64,000 nt of DNA from Myxococcota bacterium. Its GTDB lineage: Bacteria; Myxococcota_A; UBA796; SXON01. Position numbers and translations under genes: made by a program. The stretch is taken from assembly GCA_040386535.1 (NCBI GenBank), contig JAZKFH010000084.1, positions 9,191 to 73,190 on the forward strand, given 5' to 3'. The notes under the pieces were generated by a model, which was given only the letters and a program-made list of their open reading frames with translations, had not been told where the DNA came from and searched no databases. The first letter of the stretch is position 1. Each line of letters starts with the position of its first letter. Shown in pieces: positions 38,586-47,613 of the stretch.

Positions 38586-39545
38586 CTACGGTCTGCTGCT
38601 CGGGTCCAACGGATTCGTGCCCGCGGCAAGCTCGTCGCCGTCGGTCGCCCCGTCGCCGTCGCTGTCGTCGTCGTAGAGGCTCGTTCCGCGCGCCACCTCG
38701 TCCCCGTCGTCGAGGCCGTCGTCGTCCGAGTCCGGATCGAAGGGGTCGCGCTCTTCGTCGTTCGAGAGCCCGTCCCCGTCCGCGTCGGCGCGGATGTCGT
38801 AGACGGCGTCCTCGTCCGGATCGGCGTCGCTGTCGATGTCCCAGGCGCAGGTGGCGCCGCGGAAGCCGAGCGTGAAGGTGCCCGCCAGGCGAAGCAGATC
38901 GTCGTCGATGCGCGCGGTGAACGTCCCGTCGACGCCCCGGTCGCCGTCGGAGTGCGTGCACGTGACGTCGAGCCCGTCGTTGTCGCAGGTCAGGGGAAAC
39001 GTGTAGGCGAACACGTGGTCGAAGGACAGGTCGCCGGTGAACGCGATGGTGCCGTTCGTCTCGAGCTCCAGTCGGTACGAGGGGAGGCCCCCGATGTCGG
39101 CGCACAGCTCGCCCGTCGAGCCGGTCACCCCCAGGACCCAACTCTCGCTCCGGAACGCGCGATCCGACGGAACGGGCGTGCCGTCGTCACACGCCGCGGA
39201 CGCCGGATGGGTGAGGTGGGCCTCCGTCATCGCCGCGGCGCACGCGGCCTCGCAGATCGCGACCGAATCCGCGTCGTCCCAGCAGACGCTCCCGTCGCCG
39301 TACTCTTCCACCGCGCTCGCGGCCGCCTCCGGCGTGACGTCCGCCACGCAGGCCACGTAGGCGTCGCACGCCGGGTGGTCGATCGGCTCCACGTCGGTGT
39401 CGCCGCCGTCGGTGTCCCCGCTGTCGGTGTCCCCGCCGTCGGTGTCCCCGCCCGCCGTCTCCTCCTCCGCTCCTCCGTCCCGCCCGCCGGCGCAGGCGAG
39501 GGACAACGCGAGGCAGGACACGAAGAACAGGGGGAGTCGGGCCAT
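38586..39545 (-). CDS. Cys-rich lipoprotein with C-terminal Ca-binding (TSP3-like) repeats
   Basis: SLAC lipobox; DADGDGLSNDEE, DSDDDGLDDGDE, DSDGDGATDGDE..GTNPLDP. Confidence 0.82.
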   Translation of the reverse strand: MARLPLFFVSCLALSLACAGGRDGGAEEETAGGDTDGGDTDSGDTDGGDTDVEPIDHPACDAYVACVADVTPEAAASAVEEYGDGSVCWDDADSVAICEAACAAAMTEAHLTHPASAACDDGTPVPSDRAFRSESWVLGVTGSTGELCADIGGLPSYRLELETNGTIAFTGDLSFDHVFAYTFPLTCDNDGLDVTCTHSDGDRGVDGTFTARIDDDLLRLAGTFTLGFRGATCAWDIDSDADPDEDAVYDIRADADGDGLSNDEERDPFDPDSDDDGLDDGDEVARGTSLYDDDSDGDGATDGDELAAGTNPLDPSSRP

Positions 39546-39699
39546 GGGAGCTCGGGGAAGCGGCTCCGTATACCCCGGGCGTGGCCGCAACCGCGCTTGC
39601 GAGTGCACTTGCGGCCGCTCCTTCCCTCGCGGTGGCCCGCCGCGCTCGCAGACCGTGCTTGTCCTGCGTGGCACGATCGCAAGCCCACGCGAGCAGCGC

Positions 39700-40680
39700 C
39701 TACCGCCCCGCCTCGACCCCAAACAAGTACGCCGGTGACTGCAAGACCTGCGCCGCGTCGTTCTTGGCGACAGCGTCCTCGCAGGCCGTGAGCAGCTCCT
39801 GGGCGGTCGCGTGGAACAGACCACCCTGACGCGAGCGGTCTTCGAGCGCGTAGGACACACCCAGGGCGGAGGCGGTTTCGCGCTCGATCGGCGAGCCGTG
39901 GTGTTGGGGGTTGCGCCAGGCGGTGTCGGCCCAACTCTTCACCGCGGCGCCGACGCCCGCGTAGGTGGCTGCGGCCTCGCCGAGATCAGTGGAGCCCATG
40001 GTGAGGAAGGCGCCGGCGAGGCAGTCGGCTACGAGCTCGGTGCGGCGCACGGTGACCTCGCCGCGGAAGCGGTCGCCCAGCCAATATTGGACCTGGTGCC
40101 CGAACTCGTGCGCCGCGAGCGCGTCGAGGCTCACGACGTTTCCGCCGTCCAGGCGCAGCAGCGCGCCCAGGGAGCTCGCGTCGTAGAAGATGTAGCCCGA
40201 GGAGGTGGCGACGCCGCCTCCGTCCCCGGCGGTCAGGTAGGGGGCCACGCAAACGTGGCGCGTGGCGGCGTCCGGGTCGTTTGCCAGGGAGAGCAGCCGG
40301 TAGACGCGGCCGAGCGCCTCCACGACGCGGGCGTTGAGCGCTTCAGCGGTCCACACCTGGTCGCCGACAGGGAAGACGGGCTGGGCGGCGGGGATGATGG
40401 CGAGCGCCGTGCCTTGGCTCTGCGCAGTGACCGCGGCGAGCGCGGCGTCGAGCGGCGCGCGGTCGCAGCGCTGCCCGTCGTACACGCTGAACGCGCCGGA
40501 CTCGCGCACGCCCGCCGCGAACTTCTCCGCGGGGGTGCGGCCGAAGAGCTGATCGGGCGGCGCGAGGGTGGTCACGCCGACGGCGCCGCGGTTTGCGAGG
40601 GGCGCCGGCTCGGCGGGCGGCGTCGGCTCGTCCGGTGAGAGCCAATCACAACCCTGGAGTAGGAGAAGGGAGACGAGCAT
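39700..40680 (-). CDS. Neutral zinc metallopeptidase-like lipoprotein
   Basis: LQGC lipobox; AHEFGHQVQ, ELVADCLAG, HGSPIER. Confidence 0.82.
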   Translation of the reverse strand: MLVSLLLLQGCDWLSPDEPTPPAEPAPLANRGAVGVTTLAPPDQLFGRTPAEKFAAGVRESGAFSVYDGQRCDRAPLDAALAAVTAQSQGTALAIIPAAQPVFPVGDQVWTAEALNARVVEALGRVYRLLSLANDPDAATRHVCVAPYLTAGDGGGVATSSGYIFYDASSLGALLRLDGGNVVSLDALAAHEFGHQVQYWLGDRFRGEVTVRRTELVADCLAGAFLTMGSTDLGEAAATYAGVGAAVKSWADTAWRNPQHHGSPIERETASALGVSYALEDRSRQGGLFHATAQELLTACEDAVAKNDAAQVLQSPAYLFGVEAGR

Positions 40681-40727
40681 GCGGACCTCCGGCGTGACCC
40701 ATCCTACTCCATGCCGCGGCGCGCGTG

Positions 40728-41852
40728 TCACCCCCCATCCAACACCAACCCCTCCCCAACCCCATACCGCCGCTTCACCCCGTCCACCCCGAACACGTAC
40801 ACGCCGTCGTGCTCACCGACACTTGTCGCGGTGTGCGCTGCCAAATCGACGTGCAGGTACGACTCGCGATTCAGGCCTACACACAGGCGGTCGCCGAAGC
40901 GGCGGGACAGGTAGGCGAGGTTGTCCGGGTCGTCCGTGTGGATGCGGTCCATGCAGTGTGGCAGCACTTGCAGGCCGCCTACCAGGCCGAGGCCGCGGTC
41001 GAGCAGCTGGAAGTGGCGCCGCTGCGGGTCGTCGCTGCCGTCGTCGAACACGATCATGCGCTCGCACAACACCAGCGCGCCCGCCGAGGAGGCCACGAAC
41101 GTGGCGCCGCGCCGGAGCGTCTCGAGCAAGGCGGGCTGCAGATCGTAGAAGCGCAGCGGCTCCAGCAACGACATCGGGTTGCCCCCGAAGAGCAGGATCA
41201 CGTCGGCCGCGAGGATGCGCTGGGAGAGCGATTCCCGCTCCGCCTGCCACTCGGCGTCGTGGCGCAGGCCGGTGCGCGCGAGCAGTTGTTGCTCGGCTTG
41301 GGTCAACGCTTCGAGCATGCGCTCGTCGTTTTGCACGAGCGTGTCGATCGAGGCGAGGATCTCCCTGCCGAAGGCCTGCGCGAGCATCTGCGGGCCGGTG
41401 CGTACGGCGTCGGGGCGCACGGACTCGCGGAGGGAGAGGCCGCCGAGCTTGAACGTACCTGCGTTCGTACGCGCGAGGCCCACCGCGGTGCGCACCATGT
41501 CGGCGTCGAAGCCGGTGCGCTCGAGGTACCAGGCGCGCAGGGTCTCCCGGGCGGCGTCGATCTCCGCGTGCACGGCGGCCACCTCCTCCCGGCGGGCCAG
41601 GAACGCCTGCCAAACGTGCCACGCGCACAGGTTCTCGACCGCTTGGGTCTCGCCGTCGTCAAGCGTGTGGCGCACGCCCACCTGGTACAGCGCCTCCTTG
41701 ATCGGCCCCTCGTCGTACTCGCCGGGCCCCCACGCCGCGGTCACCACGAGCACCCGCGGCGCGCGCCCGCCGGCCGAGCCGAGCACCCACGGCGCCACGC
41801 GCTCGATCATCTCCGAACCGCCATTTCCATTGAAAACGATACGTCCGCGCAC
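40728..41852 (-). CDS. Peptidase S51/cyanophycinase-like (class I GATase fold) protein
   Basis: GGAGG before GTG; VVTAAW, LFGGN, ASSAGA, GLGLV, VLPH. Confidence 0.8.
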   Translation of the reverse strand: MRGRIVFNGNGGSEMIERVAPWVLGSAGGRAPRVLVVTAAWGPGEYDEGPIKEALYQVGVRHTLDDGETQAVENLCAWHVWQAFLARREEVAAVHAEIDAARETLRAWYLERTGFDADMVRTAVGLARTNAGTFKLGGLSLRESVRPDAVRTGPQMLAQAFGREILASIDTLVQNDERMLEALTQAEQQLLARTGLRHDAEWQAERESLSQRILAADVILLFGGNPMSLLEPLRFYDLQPALLETLRRGATFVASSAGALVLCERMIVFDDGSDDPQRRHFQLLDRGLGLVGGLQVLPHCMDRIHTDDPDNLAYLSRRFGDRLCVGLNRESYLHVDLAAHTATSVGEHDGVYVFGVDGVKRRYGVGEGLVLDGG

Positions 41853-41955
41853 GGGACCTCCGGGTTGGGGGGCGTATCCGCTCGCGCGTCTCTCCGGGAC
41901 CCGGCGTCCAGCAACGCGCCACCTGCCGGTCAGGTCCGGCGTTGTTGGGCTCCCC

Positions 41956-42086
41956 GGGCGCGTCCCTGGCGCGGACGCCAGGGCCGGACCCTTCCAGGCT
42001 TCGCGGCAAGCCGCTCGGTCGGCCGGGCCCGGGCGCCCGTCCGGACCGGCCGCGCCGGGCGCGTCCGCCCTCCAGGCGCCTCGCGC
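41956..42086 (+). repeat. Family A intergenic repeat
   Basis: Hairpin CCCTGGCG-CGGA-CGCCAGGG, then CG-CGGC-AA-GCCG-CTCGGT-[stem]-GACCGGCCG..CCGCCCTCC. Confidence 0.65.
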
Positions 42087-42149
42087 ACGGAACCACACGA
42101 TGGAGGCGGATCTCCTCCGAGTACACGGATCCGCGGCTACACTCCCCCA

Positions 42150-43838
42150 ATGCCCTCCTGCCGGCGCGCCGCCCGCGACCTCGCCCGCCTCGCCCGCGCC
42201 TGTGGCATCGCGGCCGCCGCCGGCCCGGGGTGTTTCCTCGTCTGCGACTCGAACAAGACCCACACCGTGACCGAGACCGGATTCGCCGCCGAGCTCGAAT
42301 GGTTCACGACGCCCGCGCCGGGCGGGCCGTTCACCGGGTCGTGGCGGAGCGGCCCCGCGATCGAGCTGGTGGGCCCCGCGGGCGCCGCGCGCTCCGTGGA
42401 CGACGGCGCCACGTGGGCGGCCATCTCCGGGCTCCCCGCGGGCCTCGGCGCCATCGCCACCGGGAGCGGGGCGGAGCGCTGGATGGTGGGCGCCGGCGGG
42501 CTCGCCGGGGTGTGGCGCTACGAGGGCTTCGCGCCGGGTACCACCGGCACCACCGCCGATCTGCACGACCTGTCCACCTACGCGGGCTTCGGCGGCGTGG
42601 CCGTCGGCACCGAGGGCACCGTGCTCACCACGGCGGACGGCGTGACATGGGCTGCCGACCCCGACGTCGCCGCGCTCCTCGGCGCGCCCGCCCCCACGCT
42701 GTACGCGGCTGATCTCCTCTCCGACGGCACCCTCTGGATCGTGGGCGAGGGCGGCCTCGTCCTCCATCGCGCCGACGACGGCTGGGAGGTGGTCGATCTC
42801 GGGACGGACGCCGATCTGCACGACGTCGCCTTCGCCAGCCCGAGCCGCGGCATGGTGGCGGGGAACGACGGGGCGGTGTTCCGCACAGACGACGGGGGCG
42901 CCACGTGGGTGGCCGCGCCCGCGCCCGGCACCATCCACGCGCTCGTGTACGTCGGCACAGCCGACGAGCCGGTGCGGTGGGCCACCGGCCCCGACGGCGT
43001 GGTGTGGTCGTTCGACGGCGGCGCGTGGCACGAGGAGGCACGCACGGCGGACGGCTCCGCGCTCACGACGATCGCCGACGCGGGCGACCTGAACCTCGCC
43101 GCCGGAACGGGCCCCGAGGCGCTGGTCCTCGGCTGGGTGGAGCACGGGTTCACGGAGCAGTTCGAGCGGTCCAGCTGCCCGGAGTACGTCGGGCGCCCCT
43201 ACGTCGTGGAGGGCGCCGCCCGTGTCGCGCCGGTGTTCCCCGCTGACACCGACCACGCGGATCCCCGCTGGCTCCGCCAGGCCCAGGAGGAGCACGCGTC
43301 CATCGCCGCGTTCGCCCGCTTCGCGCGGCAGCTCCGCGCGCTCGGCGCCCCCGCCGCCCTCGTGGCTGACGCGCTCGCCGCCCAGGTCGACGAGGCGCGC
43401 CACGCGGCGCTCGCCCTCGCGATGGCCGGCGGCGGCACCCTCGGCGCGCTCGACACCGTCGACGACCTCGTTCCCGTCTCGCTCCTCGCGCTGGCCCTGG
43501 CCAACGCCCGCGAGGGATGTATCGTCGAGACCGCCGCCGCCTTCGCCGCGATGGAGGCCGCGGGGACCGCCGCTACTCCGGAGGAGCGCCGCGTGTGGCG
43601 CACGATCGCCCGCGACGAGACCCGCCACGCCGCGCTCGCCTGGCGTTTCCTCCGCTGGGCGATCGCCGTGGATCCCGCCGTCCACGACGCGGTCGCGCCG
43701 CTGTTCGTGCGCCGCCCGGCCAGCGTGCCGGTCTCGGTGTGGGAGCAGGTCATCCTGCCCGCGGTGCGCACCATGCGCGCGGTGTCACCCGTCGCGGAGA
43801 GGTGGCGCGCCGAGTTGGTTTCGCCTCGTTTGTCGTAG
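42150..43838 (+). CDS. YCF48/BNR-like beta-propeller fused to a C-terminal ferritin-like domain
   Basis: SVDDGATW, TDDGGATW, DLHDV repeats; CPEYVGRP, EHASIAAF, DEARHA, EGCIVET, DETRHA. Confidence 0.85.
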   Translation: MPSCRRAARDLARLARACGIAAAAGPGCFLVCDSNKTHTVTETGFAAELEWFTTPAPGGPFTGSWRSGPAIELVGPAGAARSVDDGATWAAISGLPAGLGAIATGSGAERWMVGAGGLAGVWRYEGFAPGTTGTTADLHDLSTYAGFGGVAVGTEGTVLTTADGVTWAADPDVAALLGAPAPTLYAADLLSDGTLWIVGEGGLVLHRADDGWEVVDLGTDADLHDVAFASPSRGMVAGNDGAVFRTDDGGATWVAAPAPGTIHALVYVGTADEPVRWATGPDGVVWSFDGGAWHEEARTADGSALTTIADAGDLNLAAGTGPEALVLGWVEHGFTEQFERSSCPEYVGRPYVVEGAARVAPVFPADTDHADPRWLRQAQEEHASIAAFARFARQLRALGAPAALVADALAAQVDEARHAALALAMAGGGTLGALDTVDDLVPVSLLALALANAREGCIVETAAAFAAMEAAGTAATPEERRVWRTIARDETRHAALAWRFLRWAIAVDPAVHDAVAPLFVRRPASVPVSVWEQVILPAVRTMRAVSPVAERWRAELVSPRLS

Positions 43839-43847
43839 CAGCCGCCG

Positions 43848-44882
43848 CTACTTTTCCAACCGAGCCCGCACGCGCTCCAGCAGGGCCGCGTGCGCCGCGC
43901 GCGCCGTGCGGAACACGAAGCCTGCCACCCACCAGGGCGCCTCGACATCGACGCGCTGGACCGCGTAGGTCCCCGCGGCGACCGCGTTCAGCCGCCAGTG
44001 CGAGCGCACGACCACCCCCGGCCGGCTCCACCCGGTGAGCTCCATCTCCGCGAGCGAGGCCCAGCGCGCCTCCCCCCGCAGGTGGTTGCGCAGGCGGAAC
44101 GGCCCGATTGGAATGAGCTCGACCACCGTGAAACGGATGACGCGAACGCCCGCCTCCTCGCCGTCGAAGCTCACGTTGACGCTGTCGATGAGGGGATGGA
44201 TCTCCGTGAGGCGGCGCGGGTCGGCCAGGAGCGCGTGCACGGCGGCGGGGGCGACGGGGAACGTGGCCTCGCGCCGCGTCGTGTCCGTCGGCACGCGAGA
44301 GGCGAGCCAGGGCGCCGCGAACGCGGCCAGGCGCGGCATGATCACCCAGGTGAGCAGGAACACCAGCGCCGCCCCGACGACAGCGCCCCGCACCAGCGTG
44401 GGTAGGGGCGTGAGGACGGGCCCGAGCGCGGCGTTGAGGAGCTGGATGGTCGGGAAGGCCGCGCACCACGTCAACAGCGCCATCTTCCAGCGTGGGGGCG
44501 GGCCGGCGCCCGGGCCCGCCGACGGCATGCGGAACCACGCTTCGAGCCCGGTGAGCCGCTCGAAGCCGACCTCCCCCTCGGTGAGGGGTGCGACCTCGGC
44601 GAGCAAGGCGGCGCGCTGCTCGGAGCGCTCCCACACCAACAGCGCGTCGAGCGTGGCGAAGCGGAAGACCAGCACCACTTCTCGCTCCGACAGCCACAGC
44701 GCCGTGGTGCCCATGTGGCCGTCGAAGCCCGCGAGGATCGGGGTCACCCGGCGGAGCCAGCCCTCGTAGTCCGCGCGCGCGCCCGCCTTCAGCGTGCGGC
44801 GCACCACGACGCTGACGGGCGCCGCCATTGCACCCGGTGCCACTGCGCCCGGCGCGCCGCCGTCGAGGGAGGTGTCGGACAT
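43848..44882 (-). CDS. ABM-like (antibiotic biosynthesis monooxygenase) membrane protein fused to an SRPBCC domain
   Basis: YEGW..FDGHMG, WERSEQR, TGLEAWF, PPRWKMALLTW, VIMP; then HALLADP..IHPLI. Confidence 0.75.
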   Translation of the reverse strand: MSDTSLDGGAPGAVAPGAMAAPVSVVVRRTLKAGARADYEGWLRRVTPILAGFDGHMGTTALWLSEREVVLVFRFATLDALLVWERSEQRAALLAEVAPLTEGEVGFERLTGLEAWFRMPSAGPGAGPPPRWKMALLTWCAAFPTIQLLNAALGPVLTPLPTLVRGAVVGAALVFLLTWVIMPRLAAFAAPWLASRVPTDTTRREATFPVAPAAVHALLADPRRLTEIHPLIDSVNVSFDGEEAGVRVIRFTVVELIPIGPFRLRNHLRGEARWASLAEMELTGWSRPGVVVRSHWRLNAVAAGTYAVQRVDVEAPWWVAGFVFRTARAAHAALLERVRARLEK

Positions 44883-44933
44883 CCGCGCGTCCTATCCGTC
44901 GTCACGCCCGACCGCCATCCGGCGCCCACGCGC

Positions 44934-46064
44934 TCACCGATCCAAATCGGCTTGCAACATCCCCGTGGCAACCGCGTCGAGCAGCCCGTCGAACCGCTCC
45001 TGGTTGAACCCGGCACCGGACGTCATCCAGTCGTGGTGCCCCTCCGCGCCCGCGAAGTGGCCCACGACGTCGAGGTGATCGCCGTGTCCGGCCCACACGA
45101 GCTCGCCGTGGAGCTGGGAGCGGAAGGGCACGATGCCGTCGTTGGCACCCGCGGGTGGCACCTCGTCGAGCCGGCCGAGCACCGCTTGCCTCCACGCGGC
45201 CCCCCGGGGCTCGCAGCCGTAGAGCGGATCCTGGGCGGCGGTGAGGCGGTGGAGCGTCGCGAACAGCGTGGCGGACGCGCTGGTCCAGGGGTTCGCGGCG
45301 GTGCGGGCCCACCCGCGCACGCCCAGAGGCGGCACCCAGGAGGCCGAGCATTGGTAGCGCACGTTCGGATCGTCGGCGGCCAGGGCGCTGTAGACGTCCA
45401 TCACCTCGGGCGCCAGCTGGATGATCCCGGCCTGATCCTGGCGGAGTCCGTTCAGCCACGCGCGCAGGTCGTGGCTGGACAGATCGTCCAGGGTGCCGAT
45501 GAGCGCCTCGGAGGCACGGTCGAGCAGCGCGACACGCATGCCGAGCGCACGATCGAGGCGCGGCACGGCGGCGACCAGCGCCGAGGTGAGCGCGATCGGC
45601 GGGGAGCCGTAGTGGAGCACCGGCACCGTGGCGGCGGAGAGGAAGTAGAGCAGGCGCTGGCCGGAGAGCGTCGCGAAGAACGCGGCCAGGGGCGTGCCGT
45701 GGTGGGGGGTGTTCATGCTCGTGATCGAGCGAAGGTCGGCCTTGACCGCGGCGAGCGCCCGCGGGTCACCCACGTTCGCGCCCGGCGCCGCGAGCAGGCG
45801 CGCGTCGAGCCCGCCCGTGGAGTGCCCGACGAGGTGCAGGCGGTCGCCGGGCTTGGCCGAGGCCGCGATCGTCGTGACGAGGCTCTGCGCGCGGCGGCGG
45901 ATCGAGGCGGTGGGCCACGCGTCGACGCGGTGCGCGGAGGCCTCCCGGCCGGCGTCCGCGAACCGCCGCAGCAGCCCCTCCTCGAGGTGGTGGAAGTAGA
46001 CGTACGTACCGATGCGCTCGAAGCCGAACAGCCCGGGCGAGAGGTAGATGCGCGAAGTCGCCAT
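44934..46064 (-). CDS. Lipase-like alpha/beta hydrolase
   Basis: PGLFGF, VGHSTGGLDAR, NTPHHGTP, NDGIVP, DHLDVVGHF. Confidence 0.9.
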   Translation of the reverse strand: MATSRIYLSPGLFGFERIGTYVYFHHLEEGLLRRFADAGREASAHRVDAWPTASIRRRAQSLVTTIAASAKPGDRLHLVGHSTGGLDARLLAAPGANVGDPRALAAVKADLRSITSMNTPHHGTPLAAFFATLSGQRLLYFLSAATVPVLHYGSPPIALTSALVAAVPRLDRALGMRVALLDRASEALIGTLDDLSSHDLRAWLNGLRQDQAGIIQLAPEVMDVYSALAADDPNVRYQCSASWVPPLGVRGWARTAANPWTSASATLFATLHRLTAAQDPLYGCEPRGAAWRQAVLGRLDEVPPAGANDGIVPFRSQLHGELVWAGHGDHLDVVGHFAGAEGHHDWMTSGAGFNQERFDGLLDAVATGMLQADLDR

Positions 46065-46127
46065 GCGCCAGAGATAGGCGCCGCGCCGTGCACAGGGTAG
46101 GCCTGGGCCCAGTCGGTAGAGGTCCCG

Positions 46128-46547
46128 TTGCAAATCGAACCTTATGCGCACGCTGTCACGCAGTGGCCGCCGGTAGGCCGACACATCCTGGCACAACACG
46201 ACGCGGAGACGCTGATCGTCTACCAGGCGTTCAACCCGGCCATCGCCAGTGCGGCGGTGGCGGATCAGCGGCTCGGCGGGGGTGGGTTCAGCCTGACCCG
46301 GATGTCCTGGGACCCGGACCACGCCCCCGACGGCCGCGCCTCGCCCCGCCGCGCCATCCAGTTGGGCCTGCGCGGCGAGGTCCTGGGCCGGTTCGCGCAG
46401 GAGTGGCCCCTCGCGATCGAGGACATCACGCCCTTCGTCGTCGCACAGCGGGGCCGCGTGGGCACTCCGGATCTGCAGGTGCCCGTCGAGAGGGCCGTGG
46501 CGCTCGCGCCGGACGTCGCCGCGCGCATCGGCGCCGACGTACACTGA
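46128..46547 (+). pseudogene. DUF4291 family gene with apparent in-frame internal deletion
   Basis: IVYQAF..FSLTRMSW joins directly to DPDH..RRAIQLGLRG..IEDIT; the usual IKPxFLWMMYR block is absent. Confidence 0.65.
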
Positions 46548-46552
46548 CCCCC

Positions 46553-47533
46553 ATGCGCTTCCCGACCTTGATCCTGCTCGCCCTCGCCGGCTGCACCGGC
46601 GGCAAGCCCGATGACACATCGGTGGGTGACACCGAGACCGCCGACACCCACACGGACACCGCCACGGCGCCACTTGACCCGGCGACAGTGCCCCTCAACG
46701 GGGCCTGCGCGCTGGCCGACGACCACGGCGGCTTCAACGTGACCGTGCTCGAGGACGCCACGACCGTGGCGGGCACCGTGGCCGACGGGGTGGTCCCCGC
46801 CACGGTGCTCGAAGAGCTGGTGCGCGAGGGCGACTGCGCCGTGCTCCGTCGCAACAACCCGTACTGTGAGCCGACGTGCCCCCCGGGCGAGACCTGCGCG
46901 TTCGACGGCACCTGCGTGCCCTACCCTGCGAACCAGGGCCTCGGGACGGTCACGCTCGATGGGCTCGTGGTCCCCGTCGTCATGGAGCCGGTGTTCCCCG
47001 GGAACACCTACTACGACACCTCGCTGCCGCACCCGGCCTACACACCCGGAGAGCTGCTCACGTTGTCGATGCCCGGCGGCGTGTACGGCCCGCTGGAGCT
47101 GTACGGCGTGGGGGTGGAGCCGCTCGATCTGCCCGACGTCGTGTGGGTCATCGAGGGGGGCGTCGACTACGTGCTCGATTGGCCGGCGCCGGCCGGCGCG
47201 GTCGTGCGCTCCGAGATCGCCATCCAGATCTCCATCGACCAGCACGGCGTCTCGCCGAGCGTGTTGCGCTGCGTGTTCGCGGACGACGGGCAGGCCACCA
47301 TCCCCGGCGCCGTGCTCTCCGCGCTGGTCGACGTGGGGGTGACCGGGTTTCCCGCCGCCTCGATCGAGCGGCGCACGGTCGACCAGGGCGCCGCCGGCGC
47401 GGGGTGCCTGGACTTCGTGGTCACCTCGCCGCACGTCCCCACGGTCGACGTCGTGGGCAGCACGCCGTGCGTCTCGGACAACGAGTGCCCCGACGATCAG
47501 ACCTGCAACGTCGAGCTCCAGATCTGCGAGTGA
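46553..47533 (+). CDS. Cys-rich lipoprotein
   Basis: LAGC lipobox; EGF-like Cys clusters centrally and at the C-terminus. Confidence 0.8.
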   Translation: MRFPTLILLALAGCTGGKPDDTSVGDTETADTHTDTATAPLDPATVPLNGACALADDHGGFNVTVLEDATTVAGTVADGVVPATVLEELVREGDCAVLRRNNPYCEPTCPPGETCAFDGTCVPYPANQGLGTVTLDGLVVPVVMEPVFPGNTYYDTSLPHPAYTPGELLTLSMPGGVYGPLELYGVGVEPLDLPDVVWVIEGGVDYVLDWPAPAGAVVRSEIAIQISIDQHGVSPSVLRCVFADDGQATIPGAVLSALVDVGVTGFPAASIERRTVDQGAAGAGCLDFVVTSPHVPTVDVVGSTPCVSDNECPDDQTCNVELQICE

Positions 47534-47613
47534 CGGACGCGTGACGGCGGACTGGGCGGGAGGTGTAGACGGGCGCCGGTTCCTCCTCCACAATCGCATC
47601 AGTGGAGCCCGCC

